DNA from: a virus
Direction: 5' to 3' (one strand)
IMG/VR virus record: IMGVR_UViG_3300046507_000282
Span: 29,888-93,887 of that record
DNA: 64,000 bases
Under the pieces are notes generated by a model. That model was given only the letters and a program-made list of their open reading frames with translations. It was not told the DNA's origin and ran no database searches. The position numbers and the translations under genes were made by a program. Below are positions 52,865 through 61,384 of the stretch, in pieces; positions within the stretch are counted from its first letter, which is position 1; every line of letters starts with the position of its first letter.

Positions 52865-54352
52865 TTAGCCCAGCGAGCCATTCGCGCCGAACGGCTGCCA
52901 TGCCTGGCTGTTCGTCACGATGTTCTTCACGAGCACGTGCTGATTGCGCTTCGTCATCCGCAGGTAACCGCAAATCATCTGCAGCCACGGGATGATCGGC
53001 GACATGACCGCTGCCATCGGAATCTTCATCATCGGCAAGTACTGACGCCAGGCGATGGCGTGGTCCGTCTCCGACAGATTCAGGATGTACGCGTTGGTCG
53101 AACCAGGGATATCCTGGTTGTAGTCCACGTACGTCGTGGTCGCGTTGGCCGGGCCAGCGTACGGGATGCGGACCATTTCACGCAGGTCGGTCAATGCGCT
53201 CGTACCGTTCAAGCGACCACGGTAGATCACGTAACCAGTTTCCGAGCGCGAAGCCGATGCGCCGATGGCGATGGAGGCTGCGCCGCCGGCGACGATTGCT
53301 GCTTGTGCCGACACGGTGATCAGCGATTCGCCGCCTTGAGCGATACCCGTCACGCCCCAGTAGTAGTCGCCGGCCTGGCCTGCCGCGAACAGCGAGCCCG
53401 GCTGAACAGCTACCGGCGTAACGACGACGGTTTGCGGCGCGTAGTTGTTCGCAGCAGCAATCGGTTGGAACCACGGCGTACGAACTTGGAACGGAACCTT
53501 CAGGCGCTCGTCGCGAATGAAAACGTCCGTGTTCGTGTTGATCTTGCCGTACGAGGTCTGGATGCCGGTCACTGCCGTACCGCGAACCGTGGTGCTCGCC
53601 TGGCCATCCTGAATCACGCGGAATGCCGGATCGAGGTCGGTGTTCAGGTCGGTCTGCACGCTCGGCGGCAGATAGATATCCGTCGCGCGACCGAAGTTGC
53701 CGAAGCCGAAAATCACTTCAGCGGCAGCAGCAATCGGGTCCACGCTCGTCAGTGCCGCGCCGCGCATGTCGATCACGTGGTCGGTCGAGCCGAGCGATTC
53801 GATCTGCACTGCGATACCGTTGAACGACAGCGGCAGAACTGCGTCGTTGCCTTCGAAGAGACCGACTTCGATGTCCGTCAGCAATTGCTTCGTGCCGTTG
53901 GTCGTCTCGATGGTCACCGCGTCAACGATGTTGTTCTGTTGCTGCAGCACGACCGGGATGGAACGGTACGTGGTCATGTACTTGACCTGACCGACCATGC
54001 GCTGGTATTGACCAGCGGTTTGCATCGCGTTGCCGTCCTGGGTGTTGAACGTCGAACCGAAAAAGCCGCCGATGCTGTGCTGTTCCGTCCATTCGTCAAG
54101 CACAGCCGTCGCGCGGGGCTTCGGCAGCTTGTTGAACAGGGCGAAGTGACGGTTTTCCTGCACGGTAGCCTGCAGCGCCAAGTCGAGCGACTGGATGCGC
54201 AGAGCGGAACCGCCAGTAAGCGTCGAAACGTCGGTGCCGTAACCGGCTTCGAGCGGCACTTCGAGCGCCTTTTGCAGCGCGGCCAGATCGCCCTGGCTCA
54301 TCGAGCCGGTCGTCGTCGCGCCATTCGGGTTGAAACTTTGCAGAAAATTCAT
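52865..54352 (-). CDS. Major capsid protein
   Basis: 495 aa; 'KAL..AGYGTD...GGSALRIQSLD...FEGN....L.FNGI...VIDMRG' resembles SPO1/Twort-like MCPs. Confidence 0.92.
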   Translation of the reverse strand: MNFLQSFNPNGATTTGSMSQGDLAALQKALEVPLEAGYGTDVSTLTGGSALRIQSLDLALQATVQENRHFALFNKLPKPRATAVLDEWTEQHSIGGFFGSTFNTQDGNAMQTAGQYQRMVGQVKYMTTYRSIPVVLQQQNNIVDAVTIETTNGTKQLLTDIEVGLFEGNDAVLPLSFNGIAVQIESLGSTDHVIDMRGAALTSVDPIAAAAEVIFGFGNFGRATDIYLPPSVQTDLNTDLDPAFRVIQDGQASTTVRGTAVTGIQTSYGKINTNTDVFIRDERLKVPFQVRTPWFQPIAAANNYAPQTVVVTPVAVQPGSLFAAGQAGDYYWGVTGIAQGGESLITVSAQAAIVAGGAASIAIGASASRSETGYVIYRGRLNGTSALTDLREMVRIPYAGPANATTTYVDYNQDIPGSTNAYILNLSETDHAIAWRQYLPMMKIPMAAVMSPIIPWLQMICGYLRMTKRNQHVLVKNIVTNSQAWQPFGANGSLG

Positions 54353-54387
54353 GTTTTACGGGCTCCGAAATTTGCCGTGGTTGATGC

Positions 54388-55077
54388 TTACTTGCTGAAA
54401 AGGCGGTCCAGAATTGCCTGTTCGGGTTGAACGCCCATGTTCAGAGCGCTCTGGATACGGACAGCTTCCGTTGCCGTAATTTGGTGAGCCGCGAGCGCGC
54501 CTTCAGCCTTCGCCAGAATTTCCGACGGGGTGTGCTTCACTTCGGCAGCGCCGCCGCCATTCAGGTTCGGACGTGCGCCGAGCGTGACGCTGCGAACGCC
54601 GCGGCCTTGGTTGCCGATGCCGCCGAGTGCCTTGGTCAGCAACGAATTCGACTTCTGAAGATCGTCGCCGCGCTGCGCCAGCTTGAGCACGTCTTCGCGG
54701 GTCTGCTTCAAGCCTTCCGACAGGTCGCCGATCACGCCCATTGCGTCGCCGAGCGCCTTCGTCAGTTCTTCGACTTGCGCGCCAGCGGCGGCCTTGACGG
54801 TTTCGACTTCGCCGACCAGGCACTTCAGCATTTCGGTCGCGTCTTGCGCTTCCATTTCCGTGCCGTCTTCGAGCACCAGTTTGAACGACTTGACGAGCGG
54901 CGCGCCATCGGTGATGTCTTCCTCGCCTTCGCCGGCAGCGCCGGTAGCGGCAACGTCAGCAGCGCCAGCGGCGGCTGCCACGGCAGCGTTGCCCTTTGCA
55001 TCCACCTGAGCGGCAGACAGCGACTTGGCGAGGGTTGCCTGAGCGGCGATTGCCTCTTTCAGTTCTGCAAAATTCAT
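54388..55077 (-). CDS. Scaffolding protein
   Basis: Coiled coil between protease and MCP; repeated KS/KA motifs. Confidence 0.7.
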   Translation of the reverse strand: MNFAELKEAIAAQATLAKSLSAAQVDAKGNAAVAAAAGAADVAATGAAGEGEEDITDGAPLVKSFKLVLEDGTEMEAQDATEMLKCLVGEVETVKAAAGAQVEELTKALGDAMGVIGDLSEGLKQTREDVLKLAQRGDDLQKSNSLLTKALGGIGNQGRGVRSVTLGARPNLNGGGAAEVKHTPSEILAKAEGALAAHQITATEAVRIQSALNMGVQPEQAILDRLFSK

Positions 55078-55091
55078 CTTTAAAGCTCCGT

Positions 55092-55970
55092 TTAACCGCG
55101 TTTAAGATCATCCAAAAACCGCTTGACATAGTCAGCAGCGACGGTCTTCGAAAGACCGAAACGCGCGCCGGCCTCCCTGACCATTTCCTTCAAACTACCC
55201 ATTGAGATTTCCTCGTTGCCGATGGCGTTGGCGAGGTCATCCCGAAAATTCCAGTACGAATAAAGCGCGTCATCGAGCGACTGTTCGCGGATGGCAGTGC
55301 CGCCCGTGAGCGTCGCGCTATCGGTGCCGTAGCCAGCCTGAAGCGACTTCAAAACGTCTAGGCCATACGCACCCCACGACTTTGCGAGCGGGCCGAATGG
55401 CACGGTCGAAGCGGGGCGAAGGTTGGCGTTGACGGGAGTCGCCGAGAAGGCGAGGTTTGACCAGCGGACGCGCTCAATAACCGGGACGCGGCTCTTTGAT
55501 GCGGGGTCGATCTGCATGCTCTTTTCGAGCACAGCGCCCCCGACCGACGTGAACCACTTCTTCGGCGGATTGATTTCGGTGAGCGAGGACCAAAACAGAT
55601 TGGCCTTCTCAGCCATCTTTCCGCTACCCTGATAAATCTCGCCCTTCACGAACGTTTCCGACTTCTGAATGCGCACGTCAACCGGCGTGCCGATCTCATA
55701 CGATTCGTGGTTCGGAATGCCTGCGCGTGCGCCGATCTGCGTGTAGTGCTCCAAGTCGAGATTGCCGAAGCGTTGGAAGTACTCCATGGAGTTTTCCAAC
55801 GCCTTGCACAGCACAATCTCGCCCTGCTGATCGACGGACTCATTCGATGCTTCGACGTACACATACCGGCGATCCCCTTCGGTTGCGGGGGTCGCTTTCA
55901 GCATCGGCGAAATGCTCACGAATGACGGCAGCGCGTCTAGTTGAGCTTGGTCGAGTACGTCGTTTTCCAT
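55092..55970 (-). CDS. Prohead protease
   Basis: 'ASNESVDQQGE...DLEH...IG.P...TSVGG...LAFSATPVN'. Confidence 0.85.
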   Translation of the reverse strand: MENDVLDQAQLDALPSFVSISPMLKATPATEGDRRYVYVEASNESVDQQGEIVLCKALENSMEYFQRFGNLDLEHYTQIGARAGIPNHESYEIGTPVDVRIQKSETFVKGEIYQGSGKMAEKANLFWSSLTEINPPKKWFTSVGGAVLEKSMQIDPASKSRVPVIERVRWSNLAFSATPVNANLRPASTVPFGPLAKSWGAYGLDVLKSLQAGYGTDSATLTGGTAIREQSLDDALYSYWNFRDDLANAIGNEEISMGSLKEMVREAGARFGLSKTVAADYVKRFLDDLKRG

Positions 55971-55986
55971 GACTGCTATCGTGTTA

Positions 55987-57198
55987 TCACGACTTTTTTG
56001 CGGCAACGTCGTCATCGAACGTTTGAGGGTTCGCAGCAAAGAGGTCCTGCAGCCATTTATCGAAACTCGGATCGGGAGATGGGCCGCCGTCGTCAACGAC
56101 ATCCCACGTACCGCGGCAATGCGGATGCACCGTGCCAGCCGGGACCTTCCACATTTCCGCGTCTGTGCGGTCAACCATCCCTTCCGCCGTGCGCTTCTGC
56201 TTCGCGCTGCTGCGACCGATGTTCGTCTTGCCGACCCACACTTCCGTATCCCAGTTTTTGTCGCGCTTCGACGGATCGACAACCGTGAACACCATGCCGT
56301 GAATCTTTTTACAGAACGGACATGCTCCGTGGTATTGCTCGATACGGCGCACCTTCGTACCCGGCTTCAGCGAGGCGATCATCCCGTTGCCAGCCGCGTC
56401 GCCAACTTCTGTCGTGGCGATGCGCCGCCAGTCGCGATTCAGGTCCGCGAACGTGTCGAACAGGTTCTGCTGCAGCGCTTGCTTCGGCGGCGTCGCACCG
56501 AGGAGGCGCTGCTGTTCGTGCGCCATGATCTGCGTCTTCAGGCGATGGCGGATTGACTCAGAGATAGCCTGCACGTTGTCGGCGCAGCGGGCGCGCTCAT
56601 ATTCAAGCGTCTTTTTCATTACGTCGGTCGGATTGAACTTCGCGACGGCTGCCCTCGTGGTGTTCGGCATCGCGGCGAGCGCCAGTTCGGCCCCAGTGGC
56701 GCTCAGGCCCGCGATGTTGGCTTGCACCTTGCCCATGAACGTCGCCCGCACAGCGAGCCATTCAGCCTCTGTCTGAAGGGCGTAGTCGGGCATCCACCGC
56801 GCAACCAGGTAGTCAACCAGCAAAGCCCAGTCGTCAATTGAGAATTCCGACGGCGGGATGGCTTCGAGGTAGACCTTGACGAGCGCGAGTTCGGACGGCG
56901 ACGGGCCGAAGTGCGGCTTCGGTTTCTGAGGGCCGCCGTTCGCCTTCTTCCCTGCCATCCACGCGTCAAGCTCCTCTTTGACCTTCTCAATGCGCAGCAG
57001 GCCGCGCGACGAGAACAGTTCAACGAGCGCCTGCACATACGGACTTTCGTGCATCGCCCAAATGTCAGGCTTCTCGCCGTTCTCGCCGGAAAGCGCCTTA
57101 GCCATGGTCTCAATGACCTCTTCGGTGCAGTCGCACGAGAGGCCCGCGAGATTGAAGTAAAGCCCCTTGTGCAGGGGCGTGCCGTCACTTGCCTGCAT
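55987..57198 (-). CDS. Head morphogenesis protein (Mu F/SPP1 gp7-like)
   Basis: 'RDWRRIATTE...ACPFC...HPHCRG'. Confidence 0.85.
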   Translation of the reverse strand: MQASDGTPLHKGLYFNLAGLSCDCTEEVIETMAKALSGENGEKPDIWAMHESPYVQALVELFSSRGLLRIEKVKEELDAWMAGKKANGGPQKPKPHFGPSPSELALVKVYLEAIPPSEFSIDDWALLVDYLVARWMPDYALQTEAEWLAVRATFMGKVQANIAGLSATGAELALAAMPNTTRAAVAKFNPTDVMKKTLEYERARCADNVQAISESIRHRLKTQIMAHEQQRLLGATPPKQALQQNLFDTFADLNRDWRRIATTEVGDAAGNGMIASLKPGTKVRRIEQYHGACPFCKKIHGMVFTVVDPSKRDKNWDTEVWVGKTNIGRSSAKQKRTAEGMVDRTDAEMWKVPAGTVHPHCRGTWDVVDDGGPSPDPSFDKWLQDLFAANPQTFDDDVAAKKS

Positions 57199-57514
57199 TC
57201 TTTTTCGGCTTTTCGGTTTGGTGGCCGGTCACTTCATGCCAGTGGACGCGGTGATCGCGCCCGGTCGAGTCCTGGCACGTGCAGCCGTCTTTGCCGGTTG
57301 ACGTGACCTTCCCTTCGCCAGAGAACTCGCCAGCCTTGAACGAAATGTGGTGGCCCTTCTTCACGGTCTGTTCGTTCTTTACGCCGCCCGGGTTGTGCTC
57401 GGCGAGGCGCGCGAGCAAATCCTTGAATGGGCCCTTCGTCGGCTCGCCCTTCTGCGCAGGCTTCTTCTTCGGGTCGGGCTTTTTCAGCGCCTTGATAAAG
57501 ATCGGGGTCGTCAT
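57185..57514 (-). CDS. Small basic protein with SH3-like C-terminus
   Basis: 'KKGHHISF...GEGKVTSTGKDG...D..G..HRVHW'; N-terminal FIKAL. Confidence 0.65.
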   Translation of the reverse strand: MTTPIFIKALKKPDPKKKPAQKGEPTKGPFKDLLARLAEHNPGGVKNEQTVKKGHHISFKAGEFSGEGKVTSTGKDGCTCQDSTGRDHRVHWHEVTGHQTEKPKKNAGK

Positions 57515-59259
57515 CCCATTAGCTCCTCAAAATTGAACACGGGCGGCAGGTTGAACGCCTTGCCGAAATCGACGGGCGCGCTGCCGTCGCCAAAATTCAT
57601 GTCGTCGCCAGGCACCGCGTCGTCGGCGGCGTCCGGAGTCGGATCGGTTTTCCCGTCGCCGCTCGCGCCCGCACCGCCCTCGCCGCCCTCGCCACCTTCG
57701 CCCTGCTGTTGGCCGATGCCGTTGATGACCATCCACGGGTTGATAAGCGACTGGTTGACCGGCGCATCGCCGAGCGGGCCGGGCATCGCCTGCTTGCCTT
57801 CTTCTGCGCGGATTTCGTTGACCGTCGAGACCAGCTTGCGCATCTCGTTTTTGATAGCGCGGTCTTCAGGATCGAGGCCGGTCCAGCGGAAGCAGAAGTT
57901 CGGCGAGAACTCGGCGACGACGAAGTCAGTGAGGGTGTTTTCGTAGGCAGCCAGCAGCGGGCGCAGGCCCGAGTCCTTCGAGGCGGCCAGCTTCTCGCCG
58001 GTATCGCCGCCAGACAGCGGGCTAGTGTTGCCGCCAGAGAATGAGTCGAAATTGATCTCGCTCGGCGACATGCCGTAAATCGCGCAAATGAGCGACGTGA
58101 GAAACGTCATCCATTTCGAGAAGTACATTTCATTGAATTCGACGCCGAACTTCTCAAACTGAGCCTTCGATTCCTGGTCCTTCGACACCATGACCGGCAG
58201 GTTCCACGCGTTCTGAACGCCCTTCACCATCGAATTCCAATAGCGCCGGAATGCCTTGATGTCGTTGTCGTCGTACTGTCCGGACAGGTGCAGCATCCCC
58301 TTCGGAATCGAGTTCGAATCGAAGCCCTTGATGTTGTACGTCATCGCGTTGATGTATCCGGTCACGACGCGAATCAGTAGCTCGGTCTCGGAAATGCCGT
58401 AGCCGGCAGCCGTCACGTCAGTGCGCGGGTTCCGGTTTTCATAGACCAGGTCGTCGTGGGTGTAGGCGGTCGTAATCATGCCCTCCACAACCTGCAGGGC
58501 GAAGATCGCGTCGTCGCCGTCGTAGCCGTCTTCGGTGCAAAGGCGGATCGTCGCGCCGTCCACGGCGTAGAAGCCGTCGAGCCCCTTGTCTTTGTTGTTT
58601 TTCCACTCAAGCTCGATGGGCGCGGAGTCCATAACCAGCGAGTCGCGCACGCTCTTGCTCATGAACTGCGCGAACGAATCGCGCTTGAGCATCTTGCGTT
58701 TGCGCGGCGTGAATTCCCAGCCGCAGTTCGAAATGAAGCGGTTGAGCAACGCAATCGACTTACCTTCGGCAGCCGTCAACTGGTGGCCGCGGTCGATATG
58801 ACGGATTTCGAAGCCGGGCATGTCGTTGCCCTTCTCGGCAACGCGGCAGAAGCGCTGCACCTGGCGCTGGCGGGTCATGATCACCGCATTGAGCACCGGG
58901 GTTTGCTGCACCATCATGCGCAGGCCGTCGAACGGGATGCCGCCCGGACGGTCCCACCAGTCGCCGTTCACGTTGATCTGCCACTGATCGATGATTACCG
59001 ACTTCATCCCCGGCTTATTCAGCTTGTTGTTGCGGGACGGGAACGGCACGACGTTGTTGTGGATGTTCTTCAGAAGGTCGTCTTCGAGCTGCGCCTCTGC
59101 AATCGACATGATCGCGCGCACCGTGTCATTCGGCATCAGGTCAGACGCCGTCGGCATATGCGATTTCTGAAGCTCAGCAAGCGCTTCCGTGCGCTCGGCT
59201 TCAGGTGCGCGCGGGTCAAATGCGACGCTTGCGGCTTGACTGGTCATTGGCTTCCCCAA
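57511..59259 (-). CDS. Portal protein
   Basis: 'VRDSL..D...VDGATIR...YGISETE...F..NSIPKGML...ICAIYG.SPSEINF...GLRPLL...TVNEIR'. Confidence 0.92.
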   Translation of the reverse strand: MGKPMTSQAASVAFDPRAPEAERTEALAELQKSHMPTASDLMPNDTVRAIMSIAEAQLEDDLLKNIHNNVVPFPSRNNKLNKPGMKSVIIDQWQINVNGDWWDRPGGIPFDGLRMMVQQTPVLNAVIMTRQRQVQRFCRVAEKGNDMPGFEIRHIDRGHQLTAAEGKSIALLNRFISNCGWEFTPRKRKMLKRDSFAQFMSKSVRDSLVMDSAPIELEWKNNKDKGLDGFYAVDGATIRLCTEDGYDGDDAIFALQVVEGMITTAYTHDDLVYENRNPRTDVTAAGYGISETELLIRVVTGYINAMTYNIKGFDSNSIPKGMLHLSGQYDDNDIKAFRRYWNSMVKGVQNAWNLPVMVSKDQESKAQFEKFGVEFNEMYFSKWMTFLTSLICAIYGMSPSEINFDSFSGGNTSPLSGGDTGEKLAASKDSGLRPLLAAYENTLTDFVVAEFSPNFCFRWTGLDPEDRAIKNEMRKLVSTVNEIRAEEGKQAMPGPLGDAPVNQSLINPWMVINGIGQQQGEGGEGGEGGAGASGDGKTDPTPDAADDAVPGDDMNFGDGSAPVDFGKAFNLPPVFNFEELMG

Positions 59260-59269
59260 AATTTACCCA

Positions 59270-59366
59270 ATGGTCGCGTCACGACACTCCGAAAATATTC
59301 TGCGTGTGCGGCATTTTCCGCTTGCATTGCTCCCGCATTGCGGTAATATTCTGCGTTCGGCACAGA
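59270..59366. promoter_or_regulatory. Divergent control region: late motif toward the portal, sigma70-like promoter plus operators toward the right
   Basis: Minus TCGTGA-CGCG-ACCAT (59270-59284); plus TTGCAT-16-TAATAT; operator-like sites at 59299-59315 and 59350-59366. Confidence 0.7.
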
Positions 59367-59419
59367 CTAAAGGCCGCGATAGACCAAGGGAATCAACCCG
59401 AATCCAACTAGGAACCGTA

Positions 59420-59818
59420 ATGGTAAAGAAAGCAGTCGCAACGCCTGCCGCAGTCGCAGTGGTAGCACCGAAGGTCGAGCCGAAGAAGCTCGCCGCGATC
59501 CCGGCGACGGCGTCGCGCACAAAGAAACCCGCCGCGCCTTTCCGCAAGAGCTACCCGGTCGCCAAGACGAGCACGGCAAGCCTGTGCGGCAGCCTGTCGG
59601 CGATGCAGCAAGCGCACGGAATTCTCATGAATGCGCGCGGCATCGGTGAGGCACTCGATGCGCTGACCCGCCTTGAAGCGCAGGCGCGCGAGCAATTGAG
59701 CGCAGCCGTCATCGGTGAACTGAAGGCTCGCCGCGTCAAGACGACGGGCCTGAATGTGGGCACGGAAAGCAAGCCGGATGGCGTGCATATCGTCCTGACG
59801 AAGCCGGTTCAGCAATAA
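59420..59818 (+). CDS. Hypothetical basic protein
   Basis: AGGA RBS; Lys/Ala/Pro-rich N-terminus. Confidence 0.65.
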   Translation: MVKKAVATPAAVAVVAPKVEPKKLAAIPATASRTKKPAAPFRKSYPVAKTSTASLCGSLSAMQQAHGILMNARGIGEALDALTRLEAQAREQLSAAVIGELKARRVKTTGLNVGTESKPDGVHIVLTKPVQQ

Positions 59819-59860
59819 CCGCACGGAGCCCTTCGGGGCTCCATAACCCGGGGCCACAAA

Positions 59861-60205
59861 ATGAGTGTTTGCGATAGCTGCCCGAAGCCGGGATCGTGCT
59901 GCAAGGGCTTCACGCTGAACAACGGGCGCAATAGCCCGGGATTCCCCGAGCGGGATTGGATGGCGCGTGGCACAGAGTACGCGGCTCGTCATGGTCTCCC
60001 GTTCATTCCGCTCGAAACGTACGTCAGCGAGCACCCCGATCAGGTGGATGGATATGTCGGAATCCGTTGGACGTGCAAAAACCTGACGCCGGAAGGTCGT
60101 TGCGGCGACTACGAGAACCGCCCGAATCTTTGCCGCATCTATGAGCCGGGTCAGGACAAGCTCTGCGCCGTGTACGTCGAGCCGATTGTGAGGGATCAAC
60201 TGTGA
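59861..60205 (+). CDS. YkgJ-family cysteine-cluster protein
   Basis: 'CDSC....CC...C..L...GRC.DYENRP.LCR.Y'. Confidence 0.85.
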   Translation: MSVCDSCPKPGSCCKGFTLNNGRNSPGFPERDWMARGTEYAARHGLPFIPLETYVSEHPDQVDGYVGIRWTCKNLTPEGRCGDYENRPNLCRIYEPGQDKLCAVYVEPIVRDQL

Positions 60206-60747
60206 CATACCAATTCGACCGCTTTAACGTGAAGGCCCCCATGGGCGTCACGGCAAAGGAAATGATTGAGGAGAGTGACGACGGGCTTTGCGTCCTCGCG
60301 GAAGAGGCGATCCGTCGCGAGGCACGCAACGCCGAACGCATCGCCGATCTTCAAGAAAAGCTGAAGGCGGCTCGCCAGGTCGGCGCTAAAGTCGGCGGCG
60401 TTGATGCGAAAGAACTGTTCGCCAAGCTGCGCAAACTGGCCGATGACGCATGGCCGAAGGGCGATCTTCGCGCCGAGCGCAATCTGAATTGGGCGTATCC
60501 GCAAACCACCATTCGCGCGGATAACAACGGCTGGGAAACCACCGTAATGCGCTTCGTGCATGCGAAGCCGCAGTTCTCCTGCACCATCGGCAAGGCCGAA
60601 TACGAGTGGGCCAATGCAGATTTCTTCGCGGCAGCGAGTCCGGAAGTCGTGTTGTTCCTGCTTGACCATATCAACGCGCTCGGAGACAAGATCGAAAGGC
60701 TCCAAACTGCCTACCAAAACGTGGCCGTAACGAGGTTGAACGCATGA
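60202..60747 (+). CDS. Ead/Ea22-like protein
   Basis: 'ANADFFAAASPEVVLFLLDHI'. Confidence 0.7.
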   Translation: MTYQFDRFNVKAPMGVTAKEMIEESDDGLCVLAEEAIRREARNAERIADLQEKLKAARQVGAKVGGVDAKELFAKLRKLADDAWPKGDLRAERNLNWAYPQTTIRADNNGWETTVMRFVHAKPQFSCTIGKAEYEWANADFFAAASPEVVLFLLDHINALGDKIERLQTAYQNVAVTRLNA

Positions 60748-61382
60748 GCAAGCGGTACGGGCGTAATCAGAAGCGTGCGCACCGCACGCGCATCGCGGAG
60801 TTGGAATCGCAGATTGAAAAGTTGCAGAAGAACCACGATTACCTGTGGCGCGCGAATCGCGACTTGGTCGAAGAAATCGACACAGCCAAGCGCATCGTCG
60901 GCGAATACTGCGTGGCGTTCAATCCGCACACGCAGACCATGCCGCTTAAGGCGACGGACTTCGCGACCATCATGCAGTACGAAATGGACCACCGCGTCAG
61001 CGTGTCGCGTTACGCTGATTTCAATCCGAGCAGCATGCAGCCGGTTCACATAAATCGCATTCACTTGCCGATCATGTGCGTGCTGTCTGACGTTGAAAAA
61101 CTGAGGCAGTCGCGCCACGTGATCGTTTCCTACGATGGCAAGGCGTACGGCTATGGGATTGACGCGGCGGCATGGCACATGGAGCGCTACCCGGAGGAGC
61201 TTTGCAGGCGTATTGCTGAGCGCATGGGCCACTTCATTTACGAGGAACTGACGAAGAACATGGGCAAGCGCCCCGCGCAGTTCCGCGACACGCCGCGCCG
61301 CACGAACACCCGCGACGAGCCCGAGCCACGCGTAACCCGTCCGCCGTTTTACTTTGCCCCACTTCCTGACTTTTTGAGGTAA
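60744..61382 (+). CDS. Hypothetical protein
   Basis: ATGA coupling. Confidence 0.7.
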   Translation: MSKRYGRNQKRAHRTRIAELESQIEKLQKNHDYLWRANRDLVEEIDTAKRIVGEYCVAFNPHTQTMPLKATDFATIMQYEMDHRVSVSRYADFNPSSMQPVHINRIHLPIMCVLSDVEKLRQSRHVIVSYDGKAYGYGIDAAAWHMERYPEELCRRIAERMGHFIYEELTKNMGKRPAQFRDTPRRTNTRDEPEPRVTRPPFYFAPLPDFLR

Positions 61383-61384
61383 CC

